From: Dehalococcoidia bacterium | GTDB lineage: Bacteria; Chloroflexota; Dehalococcoidia; Bin125 | Assembly: GCA_963662615.2 (NCBI GenBank) | Contig: CAXXSR010000002.1 | Coordinates: forward strand, 544,001 to 608,000 | Length of the DNA stretch: 64,000 nt | Direction: 5' to 3' | Part shown: positions 18,229 through 27,833 of the stretch, one piece after another | Layout of the letters: the number at the start of each line of letters is the position of its first letter | How positions within the stretch are numbered: the stretch's first letter is position 1 | The notes under the pieces: model-generated | What the model was told of the DNA's origin: nothing | Databases searched by the model: none | The model's input: the letters and a program-made list of their open reading frames with translations, nothing else | Made by a program: the position numbers and the translations under genes

Positions 18229-20940
18229 CTAGCGCAGGAGCTCCTCCGGCAGCGCCGACGTCAGCAGCGCGTCCTCGGTGACGTAGTAGAGCCGACGGTT
18301 CACTTCATCCGGGACCACAGCGCGCACCCCGATCAGGAGGTCGGCGCGAAGCTGGGCCACCAACTCTCCCCTGGTGGTGAAGATGACCACGCGATTGTTG
18401 CCCCGGTCCACCGCGTAGACCAGCCCGCTGGTCTGTCCCACCGCCAGCGAGGCGGGCACGAGCAGGGGCCGGTCCAGTTCGGGGACGGGAAAGCCCTGCT
18501 CACCGCTCTCACTGAGCCGTCGGATGCGTCCGTCTGATCCGGACACGAAGATCGCCTCGTCAACCACCAGCGCGGTCGCCGCCGTCAGATCGGTGCGCTG
18601 GATCGCTGGCGCCCCCGGCGCCAGGCCGCCGTCGCTGAGAACCGGGATCTGCCACACGATCCCCCCCGCCCGATCCAGCACGTAGAGGCTGCGATCGCGT
18701 ACGGCCACGGCGTCCGCGGAGCCCAATACTTCGCTGTTGGGCAGATCCAGCGCCACCACCCCGGTGGCGGGCGTATAGCGGTAGAGCCGCCGATTGGCGT
18801 CCAAAATCGTCAGGCTCGCCCCCTCCACCCCGGCGCCGGCCTCAGCGCTCCATTCCATACTGATCGGGGCGGCGGCCTCTGGGCCGTTGAACTCGAAGAT
18901 GAGCGGGTAGCGCTCACCGGCCCGGAAGATGACGCCGGGCTCGCCGCCCGCCAGCGCCAGCGCGAAGATGCGCCCGCCGCTCTCGTCCAGGACGTAGAGA
19001 TGCTCGCTACCAACCTGGACCGCGCTCAGGGCCAGCGGTTGCGCCGCGCGCTCGCCGAAGTCCAGGACCAGCGCCAGCTCCGCCGGCGCCAGGATGGCGT
19101 TCGCCTGCCGCAACGCCGCGGCCACATCCTGCTGTAAGGCGAGGGCGGCGGGTTCCAGCGGGCGCAGCGTCAAGGCGCGCACGATTGCCGCCTCAGCGAC
19201 CGTCAACTCATCCCGGCTGGCGCCGGGCTCGTTGGTGAGGGTGGCTGCCGTCACGGCCCGTCGCGCCTCCTCCAAGTGCTGCTCGAAGCGGCTGCGCTCC
19301 GAATCTTCCAGCAGGTCCGGGACCAACAGCGCCGCCGCGACGATCGCCAGGACCAGCAGCATGGCGCCCAGGCCGAGCGTGATCGCCCCCCAATGTTGGC
19401 GCCAGCCCGGCTCGCCCTCCGCGCCCGCATCGTCGGGGCGCGGCCAGGACGGCGCCCGAAGCCGCAAGCGCGGGGTCGAGGCCCGCAGGCTGAACAGCGG
19501 CCGCGACATTCGCGACGCGTCCACCTCCAGCGACGATTCCAGCACTTGCGGAGGTGGGGGCGCGAAGGGATTGCCGGGCCAGGCGGCCAGTGCGGGCTCC
19601 CGCGCCGGCCCCGATGCGCTCGCCGGGGCGAAGTTGAGAGCGATCCGCTCATACCCTTCGTCCGCTTCCCCTGCAGCCTCCTGACGCTGCCCGCCCTCAG
19701 GCGCGCCCGCGTCTTGGGGTGCGGCCGGGGGGGTGTCGTCCCCGCTCTCCCCGGGCTCCGGCGAGGCCGCGGACGCCGAGGGGGGCGCCGACGGTGGCGC
19801 TGGCGGTGGCGCTGGCGGTGGCTCATCGGGCCCGGCGGACTCCTCCTCTTCCGGCGCCGGCTCTTCCGGCAAGCGCTCTTCTGGCAACGGCTCCGCCTTG
19901 CCGGGCTCCTCTTCCAGCGGCCCTTCTTCAGGCGGGACAGTGGCGCTCGGCGCCGCTTCCGCGGACGGGGTGGCGCCGGCAGCAGCGGAGGCGGGCGGCT
20001 CGGCCTCTTCGCTCCAGATGTCGGGGCGGCGCCTGCGTCGCAGTAAGCGGCCTGCGGCATCGCCCAATCCGCCCAGCCACGCCCCCACCGCCTCGGAGAC
20101 GGGGGTGCGCTCGGGAACGCTCTCCGCCTCGGCGGCCTCGTCGACGGCGACCGGCTCCGCGGCGGCCGGGGACGGCGGCGCGGCCCCTGCATGCCCTTCC
20201 CTGCCCGTCCCCGCCTCACGGTCACGCGCGTCACGGTCACGCGCGGTGGCGGGATCGATGGGCACCGGCTCGCGCAGCGACCCTTCTTCCCTGGCCGGGG
20301 CGACAACCAGCGCCGACACGCGCGGCAACGGTCGCAGCAGCGGATAGAGCGCGGGCAGCACGTCCTCTGCCTCCAGCTGCCGCAGTGAGGCCAAGGTCGC
20401 GTCGCCGATCACGCTGGCGGCGCCGCTGTTAATCAGTAACGCCCAGTCGCCGGGCCCGATTTCCAGCTGCGAGAATTCGGGTGCGACGATCTCCGCGCCT
20501 CCCAGCGCCGTCGCCGCGCGCTCCGTCGCCGGCCGTCGTCGCAGAAGCTGTTCACCTTGGCGGTAGTAGGCCAGGCTGGGCCCGATCTGGGCCAGGAAGG
20601 CATCCGTCTCTCGCATGATCAGGCAAGAGAGACCGTAGCTGGCCTGATTGCGGGGAATGCTGCTGCGGTTCCAATCCAGCAGTTCGTTGTGCCACTGCCG
20701 CAGCGACCGTTGCAGAACGCCGGTGAGGGAGCCTTCGTGCGCCTTGAAGTCCTCGCCGATGCGATCGACCAACTGGGCAATGAACTGGTCGCTGCCGGGG
20801 CGGTCGGGCTCCGCCACAATGTAGAGGCGGGCGGGCAGCCCGCGGCTGTCCAGCCGCTCCGCGTAGGCGATCTCCGGCGCCTCCTCGCTCGCTTCCCCAG
20901 CGACGATGTGCAGCTGCGCGGTCCAGGGCTTGGCCGCCAT
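18229..20940 (-). CDS. Single-pass membrane protein: N-terminal PP2C-like domain, acidic Pro-rich linker, TM helix, extracellular beta-propeller-like region
   Basis: AAGGAGG upstream of ATG 20940; PP2C-like segments (AFLAQIGPSLAY, EIGPGDWALLINS); TM LGLGAMLLVLAIVAAALLV; repeated LYVLD/VYAVDRGNNRVV blades. Confidence 0.65.
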   Translation of the reverse strand: MAAKPWTAQLHIVAGEASEEAPEIAYAERLDSRGLPARLYIVAEPDRPGSDQFIAQLVDRIGEDFKAHEGSLTGVLQRSLRQWHNELLDWNRSSIPRNQASYGLSCLIMRETDAFLAQIGPSLAYYRQGEQLLRRRPATERAATALGGAEIVAPEFSQLEIGPGDWALLINSGAASVIGDATLASLRQLEAEDVLPALYPLLRPLPRVSALVVAPAREEGSLREPVPIDPATARDRDARDREAGTGREGHAGAAPPSPAAAEPVAVDEAAEAESVPERTPVSEAVGAWLGGLGDAAGRLLRRRRRPDIWSEEAEPPASAAAGATPSAEAAPSATVPPEEGPLEEEPGKAEPLPEERLPEEPAPEEEESAGPDEPPPAPPPAPPSAPPSASAASPEPGESGDDTPPAAPQDAGAPEGGQRQEAAGEADEGYERIALNFAPASASGPAREPALAAWPGNPFAPPPPQVLESSLEVDASRMSRPLFSLRASTPRLRLRAPSWPRPDDAGAEGEPGWRQHWGAITLGLGAMLLVLAIVAAALLVPDLLEDSERSRFEQHLEEARRAVTAATLTNEPGASRDELTVAEAAIVRALTLRPLEPAALALQQDVAAALRQANAILAPAELALVLDFGERAAQPLALSAVQVGSEHLYVLDESGGRIFALALAGGEPGVIFRAGERYPLIFEFNGPEAAAPISMEWSAEAGAGVEGASLTILDANRRLYRYTPATGVVALDLPNSEVLGSADAVAVRDRSLYVLDRAGGIVWQIPVLSDGGLAPGAPAIQRTDLTAATALVVDEAIFVSGSDGRIRRLSESGEQGFPVPELDRPLLVPASLAVGQTSGLVYAVDRGNNRVVIFTTRGELVAQLRADLLIGVRAVVPDEVNRRLYYVTEDALLTSALPEELLR

Positions 20941-21154
20941 GACCCGGGTACCCCTCCTTCGCGCTCGCCGGTGCAGGAGATACCTCAGCCTAGCCCCTGC
21001 CGGAAAGCCGGTGCAATCGAGCCCCCGCGCTAATCGACCGTCCCCGGCGGACGAGGCATAACGGCGAACACGATGGCTCACCCCTTCCTCCGCAAGGGCC
21101 GCCGCAACGACGCCGGCCGGCGCGGCACCTATAATTTTGAGCGGCAGCCGAAGA

Positions 21155-21583
21155 ATGCGTGAGTCGAGACAGGACCCGGAGGCGCGGCTTCGTGACGCCG
21201 AGCAGATCCTCGATCGGGCGGCCGAGCAACTGCTCGTGCTGCTGAAGCAGGCATCGCGGCAACTGCGCCCGTTCCCGCCCTACCCCGGCGCCTTCTTTAC
21301 CTTCGGCGTGGAGGTGGAGCCGGACACCGCGCACGCTCCGGACGTGGGCTGCGTGGTGGTCACGGAGGAGGGTGATCTGAAGGAGCTGCGGATCGGGCTG
21401 GATGCGGAAACCGCCGCCGGCCTCGGCAGCCTCGATCCCGTGTCGCTCCGCGACGAGCAGCTCGTCGACCTCCACCTCAATTCCCGCGACCGCCTCTTCT
21501 ACGCCTATGGCGGCCTGCGGGCGATCACACGGCTGCTGCGCGAACGGGCCGCCGGATCGCAAGAGGCGCCCAACGGCGCCTGA
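21155..21583 (+). CDS. Hypothetical protein
   Basis: Globular-looking ORF; TATAAT at 21130-21135. Confidence 0.7.
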   Translation: MRESRQDPEARLRDAEQILDRAAEQLLVLLKQASRQLRPFPPYPGAFFTFGVEVEPDTAHAPDVGCVVVTEEGDLKELRIGLDAETAAGLGSLDPVSLRDEQLVDLHLNSRDRLFYAYGGLRAITRLLRERAAGSQEAPNGA

Positions 21584-21607
21584 CCCTCTCGAAAGGAGGC
21601 CTGCAGC

Positions 21608-22651
21608 ATGCGTTCGCTCCTCCCGCTCCTGCAGTTCATGACCGTTGGGCTGTTGGGCTACTGGCTCTTCCGCGCCCTGGAGCAGCAGTATCAGTTCCAA
21701 AAAGATCTGGCGGACGATCGGATCCGCGACCTAGAACGAACGCTGGCAAGCGAACGAGGACGCCGTGAGGAGGCCCAGCGTCTCGCCACCGCGCCGCAAC
21801 CTCCCGAACGCGCTGCCCCTGCGCCACCACCCCTGCCGGAAGCGGATCAGGGCGGTCCCGTGGCGGCCCTTGCGCAGGAAGGGGCGGCCACGGAGCCCCT
21901 GGCGATGCCTGACGCGATGCCTGACGCGATGCCCGACGCGATGCCCGCGTCAACGGCGGCGCTGGAGACGCCCGCAGCGCTGGAGAGGAAAGCGCCGCCG
22001 TTCGCCCGGGCCGCGCACGACGATGGCGGGGCGGCGGTCGCCGCCGCCCGCACTGCGGCGGAGTTCCTGGAAGCGGGCAACGCCTATTTCTCGGCGGGGG
22101 AGTACGAGCAGGCCGTTGCGGAGTATACGCGGGCCCTGAAGGCGGACCCGAATTCCGCCGCCTCGTACTACAACCGCGCCAACGCCTACGCCCGCCTGGC
22201 CCGCCGCGAGCAAGCGCAGCATGACTACGACCGCGCCCTGGAACTTGCCCCCGACGATGCCGACGCCTTCGTGAACCGGGGCCTGCTCCACCTCTACGAG
22301 CACGACTTCGCCGCCGCCGAAGAGGACTTTGACCAGGCCCTGGCGCTTCGTCCGCAGGACGGCGCCGCCTTCACCAATCGCGGTCTCGCCCAGCTCTACC
22401 TGGAGCGCGCGGAAGAGGCGCTGGGCTCGTTCTGGCGCGCCGCCGAACTGCTCCCGAACCAGCCTGGGGCCCACTACGGCGCCGCCAGCGCCGCCGCCGC
22501 CCTGGGCCGGAGCCAAGACGCGCTGAGCGCGCTGCGACAGGCCGTTGCTCTCAACGGTCGCTACGCCGTCGCCGCCGCCACCGACGACCGCTTCGCCTCC
22601 CTGCAAAACGACCGGGAGTTTCAAGCGCTCGTGGCGGGCGCCGCCAACTGA
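21608..22651 (+). CDS. Membrane-anchored TPR-repeat protein
   Basis: AAGGAGG RBS, N-terminal TM, coiled coil, AMPD repeats and about 5 TPR motifs (AYFSAGEYEQAVAEYTRAL, YYNRANAY, FVNRG). Confidence 0.9.
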   Translation: MRSLLPLLQFMTVGLLGYWLFRALEQQYQFQKDLADDRIRDLERTLASERGRREEAQRLATAPQPPERAAPAPPPLPEADQGGPVAALAQEGAATEPLAMPDAMPDAMPDAMPASTAALETPAALERKAPPFARAAHDDGGAAVAAARTAAEFLEAGNAYFSAGEYEQAVAEYTRALKADPNSAASYYNRANAYARLARREQAQHDYDRALELAPDDADAFVNRGLLHLYEHDFAAAEEDFDQALALRPQDGAAFTNRGLAQLYLERAEEALGSFWRAAELLPNQPGAHYGAASAAAALGRSQDALSALRQAVALNGRYAVAAATDDRFASLQNDREFQALVAGAAN

Positions 22652-22758
22652 TCGGCGGCCGCGGCACGCCCTCCTCTCGCGCCGGTGGGCGGGCCGAGCA
22701 GCGCGGTGCAGCCGCGAGGCCGGGGCGCGCCGCTTCCGTGATCAGGGCAGCCCCGTCA

Positions 22759-23301
22759 TTAGGGCAGATCGATGGCGCCGGACCGTCCGCCGCTCTTGTG
22801 GCGCAGCCGCACGTCGCTGATGCGCATGCCGCGGTCCACGGCCTTGGCCATGTCGTAGACGGTCAAGGCGGCAACGCTCACCGCCGTCAGCGCCTCCATC
22901 TCCACTCCGGTTTGGCCGCTGCAGCGCACCGTGGCGCGAATCGTCACCGCGCCCCCAAATCCGTCCGGCGCGTCATCGCGCAGGCCCAACTCTACGTCCA
23001 CGTGCGTCAGCGCCAGCGGATGGCACAACGGGATCAGGTCAGACGTGCGCTTGGCCGCCATCACCCCAGCGATCTCCGCGGCGGCCAGCACGTCCCCTTT
23101 GCCCAGGGCGTTGTTGCGGATTAAGCGCAGCGTTTCCGCCTGCGTGAGCACGCGCCCCTCCGCAATGGCGACGCGATCGCTCGTCGGTTTGCCGCCCACG
23201 TCCACCATGCGGGCGCGCCCGCTCGCATCCACGTGCGTCAGCGCGGGGGGCGGCCGGCTAGCCGGACGGTCGTCGTCGCGGCGCTCGGCCGGCGCGCTCA
23301 C
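22759..23301 (-). CDS. moaC: Cyclic pyranopterin monophosphate synthase MoaC
   Basis: [47 protein letters not shown]. Confidence 0.96.
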   Translation of the reverse strand: MSAPAERRDDDRPASRPPPALTHVDASGRARMVDVGGKPTSDRVAIAEGRVLTQAETLRLIRNNALGKGDVLAAAEIAGVMAAKRTSDLIPLCHPLALTHVDVELGLRDDAPDGFGGAVTIRATVRCSGQTGVEMEALTAVSVAALTVYDMAKAVDRGMRISDVRLRHKSGGRSGAIDLP

Positions 23302-23302
23302 C

Positions 23303-24322
23303 TCAGCCCCCGATGTACGACATCTCGATCTTGGGCAGAGCGGCCGTCTCTTCAGAACGGATCTCGGAGTAGCGGTCGTCCCGCACGGCCCAGATCGAGC
23401 GCAGGGTGGCCGCAATGGCGTCGTCATCGCGGCCGTCGCGCAGCGGCGCGCGCAGATCGGCGCCGTCTTGCGCGAAGAGGCAGGTGTAGAGCTTGCCCTC
23501 CGCCGATAGACGCGCGCGGGTACAGTCGCCGCAGAACGGCTGTGTGACCGAGGTGATCACGCCGATCTCGCCGCTGCCGTCGGCGTAGCGCCAGCGCTGC
23601 GCGACCTCACCGCGATAGGCTGCCTCAACGGGCTCGAGCGGCATCGCCGCGTCGATCAAGTCAACGATCTCGCGGCCGGGCACTACCTCGTCCAGCTTCC
23701 AGCCGTTGCTGGCGCCCACGTCCATGTATTCAATGAAACGGACCACGTGGCCGCTGCCCCGGAACCGGCGCGCCAGCTCCACCACCGTGTGATCGTTGAT
23801 GCCGCGGCGCACCACCGCGTTGATCTTGACCGGCGAGAGCCCCGCTCGCGCCGCCGCCGCAATGCCGTCAAGGACCCGGCTGACGGGGAAGTCGGCGTCG
23901 TTCATCTGGCGGAAGACGGCGTCGTCCAGCGTGTCCAGGCTCACCGTTACCCGGTCGAGCCCCGCCTCGGCGAGCGGCTGCGCCTGCGTGTCCAGCAGGG
24001 ATCCGTTCGTGGTCAGCGCGATCTCCAAATCCGGCAGCGTGCGCAGCATCGCCACCAGCGTGGGCAGTTCATTGCGGAGCAACGGCTCTCCGCCGGTGAG
24101 GCGCACCTTGCGCAGGCCGAAGCGGGCGCAGAGGCGGACCAGCCGCGCGATCTCTTCGAAGGTCAGGATCTCCCCTCGGGGGAGGAACTGGTACGCGGGC
24201 CCAAACACCTCCCGCGGCATGCAGTAGCGACAGCGGAAGTTGCAGCGATCCGTTACGGAGATGCGCAGGTCGCGCAGGGGCCGCCCCAAGCGGTCCCGCA
24301 GCGCCGCCTCTTCAGCCGCCAC
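23303..24322 (-). CDS. moaA: GTP 3',8-cyclase MoaA
   Basis: [29 protein letters not shown]-terminal MSYIGG. Confidence 0.98.
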   Translation of the reverse strand: MAAEEAALRDRLGRPLRDLRISVTDRCNFRCRYCMPREVFGPAYQFLPRGEILTFEEIARLVRLCARFGLRKVRLTGGEPLLRNELPTLVAMLRTLPDLEIALTTNGSLLDTQAQPLAEAGLDRVTVSLDTLDDAVFRQMNDADFPVSRVLDGIAAAARAGLSPVKINAVVRRGINDHTVVELARRFRGSGHVVRFIEYMDVGASNGWKLDEVVPGREIVDLIDAAMPLEPVEAAYRGEVAQRWRYADGSGEIGVITSVTQPFCGDCTRARLSAEGKLYTCLFAQDGADLRAPLRDGRDDDAIAATLRSIWAVRDDRYSEIRSEETAALPKIEMSYIGG

Positions 24323-25004
24323 GCCCTTCCTCCTCTCGATCCCCGCTTGACCGCGCCAGCGCCTTCAGCACCGCGGCCAGCGCCCAGCCGGCGTCCTGCA
24401 GTGCACGGGCGCGATGGCTGATCCGGCTCTTCTCCAGCGGCGAGAGTTCCGCCATCCGCCGTCCGTCGGGCAGTTCAAAGAGCGGGTCGTAGCCGAAGCC
24501 GTTGCTCCCGCGCTCGTCCTGCGCTATCCGACCCTCCACCGTGCCCTCGCCGTACCACACATCCGGTCCGTAGGGGAATGAGAGCGCCACCACGGCGCGG
24601 AAGCGCGCGCTGCGCTGCGCTGCCGGCACGCCGGCCAGATCCCGCAGCAGCTTCGCGCGATTCGCCTCATCCCCGGAGACGGAGCCGTCCGACTCTCCTT
24701 CAGCATAGCGCGCGCTCCGAATCCCCGGCGCTCCGCCCAATGCATCGACCTCCAGCCCCGAGTCGTCCGCGAGCACCGCCATCCCGCTGGCATTGGCGTA
24801 GGCGCGCGCTTTCCTGGCCGCGTTCTCCCGGTAGGTCAATGCGTCCTCAGGCACGACGAGGGCGGAAACGCCCGCCTCCGCCGGCGCCACCACCTCCCAG
24901 ACGTCGGAGTCCAGGATCTGCGCGAACTCGCGGATCTTGCCGGGATTCCCGCTGGCGATAAGGAGCCGCTGCCTCCGCCCGGCGGCCGGCTCGCCGTCAG
25001 TCAT
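24312..25004 (-). CDS. rdgB: Non-canonical purine NTP pyrophosphatase (RdgB/HAM1)
   Basis: [31 protein letters not shown]. Confidence 0.95.
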   Translation of the reverse strand: MTDGEPAAGRRQRLLIASGNPGKIREFAQILDSDVWEVVAPAEAGVSALVVPEDALTYRENAARKARAYANASGMAVLADDSGLEVDALGGAPGIRSARYAEGESDGSVSGDEANRAKLLRDLAGVPAAQRSARFRAVVALSFPYGPDVWYGEGTVEGRIAQDERGSNGFGYDPLFELPDGRRMAELSPLEKSRISHRARALQDAGWALAAVLKALARSSGDREEEGRGG

Positions 25005-25047
25005 TGCCGCCCCTCACGGCGCCGTCAGGCGCTGCGGTCGCCACTGC

Positions 25048-25092
25048 CGGCTGCTGCACAGACGGCTGCGGCACAGACGACTGCTGTCCAGG
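25048..25092. repeat. Degenerate 15-bp tandem repeat (CGGCTGCTGCACAGA) x3
   Basis: Read directly in the fba-rdgB intergenic region. Confidence 0.75.
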
Positions 25093-25198
25093 CGGCGGCG
25101 ATTCGTTCCCACGCAGCTAGCCCAACGAGCCCGACCGACGTCGCCGGCCCGACCGCGAGCGCCTGCCTTCCGGGCCCGCGTCCCGCCCCCGGCGACTC

Positions 25199-26242
25199 CT
25201 AGACGCGTGCCGGCTCCTTCTCCATCTCCGGACTGTAGACCCCTTGTCGCGCGGCGCTGGTGACCTGGGCGCGATGGGCGAACGCCGCTTGCGCCTGCTC
25301 CAGGTTGCCCGCGTCGCCGCCCCATACCTTGAGCGGCGTCGCTTGGAGGCCGCGCCCGTAGGAAAAGCTGAGCTGCCAGGGAGCCGCCTGAGGAGACTGT
25401 GCAGCCAGCTTGTTGATGGCATTCAAGTTGAGCGTCGCCTCCTCGTCGCTCTGCCCTCCCGAGAGGAAGACGACGCCCGGGATCGCCGCCGGGACCGTCC
25501 GGCGGAAGCAGCCGATCGTCGCCTCCGCCACCGCCTCCGCACCGGCGCGGTTGGCGGCATTCTTGCCGGACAGCACCATGTTCGGCTTCAGCAACGCCCC
25601 CTCCAACACGACGCCCTGATCGAACAGCGCCTGGAAGACGCGCTGCTGGGTCGCCGCGGTCACCTGCAGGCAGCGCTGGATGTCGTGGTCGCCGTCCATC
25701 AGCACCTCCGGCTCCACGATCGGCACCAGCCCCGCTTCCTGCGAGAGCGCGGCGTAGCGCGCCAGCGCGTGCGCGTTCGTGTCAATGCAGTTCGCCGTGG
25801 GGATCCCTTCGCCAATGGTGATCACGGCGCGCCATTTGCTGAAGCGCGCGCCCAGCTCGTAGTACTCCTCCAGCCGCTCGCGCAGACCGTCCAGGCCCTC
25901 GGTCACGGTCTCGCCGGGCCCGCCGGCGAGTGCTTTGGCGCCCTTATCAACCTTGATGCCCGGGATCACCCCCTGGTCCCGCAGGATCTCCACGAGGCGC
26001 CGGCCCGTGGAGGCGCTCTGCCGCGCCGTTTCGTCGAAGAGGATGACCCCGCTGATGAACTCGCCGATCCCCTCGGTCGTGAAGAGGAGTTCGCGCCAGG
26101 CGCGTCGCGTCTCCTCCGTGGCGGCGGTATTGATGCTCTTGAACCGCCTCGCAATGGTGCCATGGCTCTCGTCCGCCGCCAGGATCCCCTTCTTCTCCGC
26201 GACGAGCGCCCGCGCCGTCCCTTCAAGCTCCGCCACGTTCAT
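25199..26242 (-). CDS. Class I (eukaryote-type) fructose-bisphosphate aldolase
   Basis: KGILAADES, SGVILFDET, LVPIVEPEV, LLKPNMV, FLSGGQS, SFSYGRGLQ. Confidence 0.95.
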   Translation of the reverse strand: MNVAELEGTARALVAEKKGILAADESHGTIARRFKSINTAATEETRRAWRELLFTTEGIGEFISGVILFDETARQSASTGRRLVEILRDQGVIPGIKVDKGAKALAGGPGETVTEGLDGLRERLEEYYELGARFSKWRAVITIGEGIPTANCIDTNAHALARYAALSQEAGLVPIVEPEVLMDGDHDIQRCLQVTAATQQRVFQALFDQGVVLEGALLKPNMVLSGKNAANRAGAEAVAEATIGCFRRTVPAAIPGVVFLSGGQSDEEATLNLNAINKLAAQSPQAAPWQLSFSYGRGLQATPLKVWGGDAGNLEQAQAAFAHRAQVTSAARQGVYSPEMEKEPARV

Positions 26243-26269
26243 CTGACCCTCCTTCGCTGCTGGCAAGTT

Positions 26270-26303
26270 CCTAGCGCCACCGCCTAGCGCCACCGCCTAG
26301 CGC
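26270..26303. repeat. 13-bp tandem repeat CCTAGCGCCACCG x2.6
   Basis: Read directly; three CTAG at 13-bp spacing. Confidence 0.9.
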
Positions 26304-26408
26304 GACGGACCTGCGCAACCGCCCCGCGCAACGGAATCGCCGGCCTCACGCACCTCATCGCGACGCTCGCGTCGTCCGCCCGTACCCCCGCTCTCTTAGG
26401 CGCCACTC

Positions 26409-27443
26409 TTAGACGCCGCCCCCGGCGATCGTCGCCTCCGCCTGGCGCACTGCATCGGCGTTGCCAACGATTAGAGGCGTCCGCTGGTGCAGCGTCGTCG
26501 GCGCGACGTCCAGGATGCGCTGCCTGCCGGTGCTGGCCGCGCCCCCGGCCCGCTCCGCCACGAAGGCGAGGGGGTTCGCCTCGTAGCTCAACCGCAGCTT
26601 CCCGGACGGGCTCTCGCGCTCGCCCGGGTAGAGGAAGATGCCGCCTTTGAGCAGGTTGCGGTGGAAGTCCGCAACCAGCGATCCCACGTAGCGCAAGCTG
26701 TACCGCTCGCGCAGACCGATCACCGCGTTCTGCATCCCCGCCTCCCAGCGGTCGAAGTAGTGTTCGTTGACGCTGTAGTACGGAGCTGCGTCGGGAATGC
26801 GGACGTCCGGATGCGTGAGGATGAGCTGCCCCGATTCCGGGTGCAGCGTGAAGCCGTCGACACCGTCGCGCGTGGCGACCACCAGCACCGTGCTGGAGCC
26901 GTAGAGGACGTAGACGGCGGCCACCTGCTCGCGGCCGGGACGCAACAGCGTCTCCGGGGTCACGGCGCCGCCGTCACGGCGACGGTGGATGCCGAAGATG
27001 GAGCCAATGGTCACCGCCACGTCGATGTTGCTCGACCCGTCGACGGGGTCGAAGACGGCCAGGAAGGGGAAGGAGGTGTCGTCACTGATCTTGACCATCT
27101 CCTCCAACTCTTCGCAGGCCAGGGCGGCGACGACGCCGCTGTCGCGCAGCGCGCTGACGAAGATCTCCGTGCCCAAGGTGTCGAGATGCTGGACCACTTC
27201 GCCCTGCACGTTGATCGCCCCGTCGCTTCCCAGCACGTCAGCCAGCGACGCTAGGCGTACGGACCGCTCCAGCTTCACCGCCCCCTGGGCGATCGCCGCG
27301 ATGACCGTGTCCAGCCCCGCATGCTCGGGCGCCGAGGCGGCGATCCTGCCTAAGCACGCCGCCAGCGGCGGCGCGACCGTCGCCGTTGCGCCTCTGGCAC
27401 GCCCCAACGGTGGGGAGGGAGGGTGGCCGGCTTCCGCTGGCAT
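26409..27443 (-). CDS. fbp: Class 1 fructose-1,6-bisphosphatase
   Basis: NVQGE, FDPVDGSSN, RYVGSLVADFHRNLLKGGIFLYP, KLRLSYEANP. Confidence 0.95.
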   Translation of the reverse strand: MPAEAGHPPSPPLGRARGATATVAPPLAACLGRIAASAPEHAGLDTVIAAIAQGAVKLERSVRLASLADVLGSDGAINVQGEVVQHLDTLGTEIFVSALRDSGVVAALACEELEEMVKISDDTSFPFLAVFDPVDGSSNIDVAVTIGSIFGIHRRRDGGAVTPETLLRPGREQVAAVYVLYGSSTVLVVATRDGVDGFTLHPESGQLILTHPDVRIPDAAPYYSVNEHYFDRWEAGMQNAVIGLRERYSLRYVGSLVADFHRNLLKGGIFLYPGERESPSGKLRLSYEANPLAFVAERAGGAASTGRQRILDVAPTTLHQRTPLIVGNADAVRQAEATIAGGGV

Positions 27444-27674
27444 GGGGACCGCCTCTTCGCCCGCGCTCGCAGCGCCGGCGGCGCCGTGCCGTCGGCGGCT
27501 CCTGGCCCGGAGCCCGAGCGCCGTTCGACGCGGATCTCGCCGGGAGGACGGGAGCGCGCCAACGGCGGCCGCGCGAGAGCAGGACGATGCTCGCACCAGC
27601 GCCCAGGCAGGTCAAGCCATCGGCACGATCCGATGGCGCCGGCCCGGCCGGCCCCGTGCGGCTCTCTGCTCCGC

Positions 27675-27702
27675 CGCGCTAGAACACTCGCGCTAGAACA
27701 CT
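27675..27702. repeat. 14-bp tandem duplication CGCGCTAGAACACT x2
   Basis: Read directly in the divergent fbp/folC region; contains CTAG. Confidence 0.9.
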
Positions 27703-27833
27703 AAGGTGGAGGGGCCCTACCATGTCCCCGAGCGTCGGGTGGCGCGCGGCGCAGCGCTCGGGCCGAGATTCTGCGTCCGGCGGTCGTTTGTCGGGCGGTC
27801 TCCGCAACAGGAGGCTCGCTCCCGGAGTTCCCG

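Noticed and set aside
25014-25112. Short Cys-containing peptide ORF in the fba-rdgB gap
   Set aside because: Explained by a degenerate 15-bp repeat; no RBS or modifying enzymes nearby.
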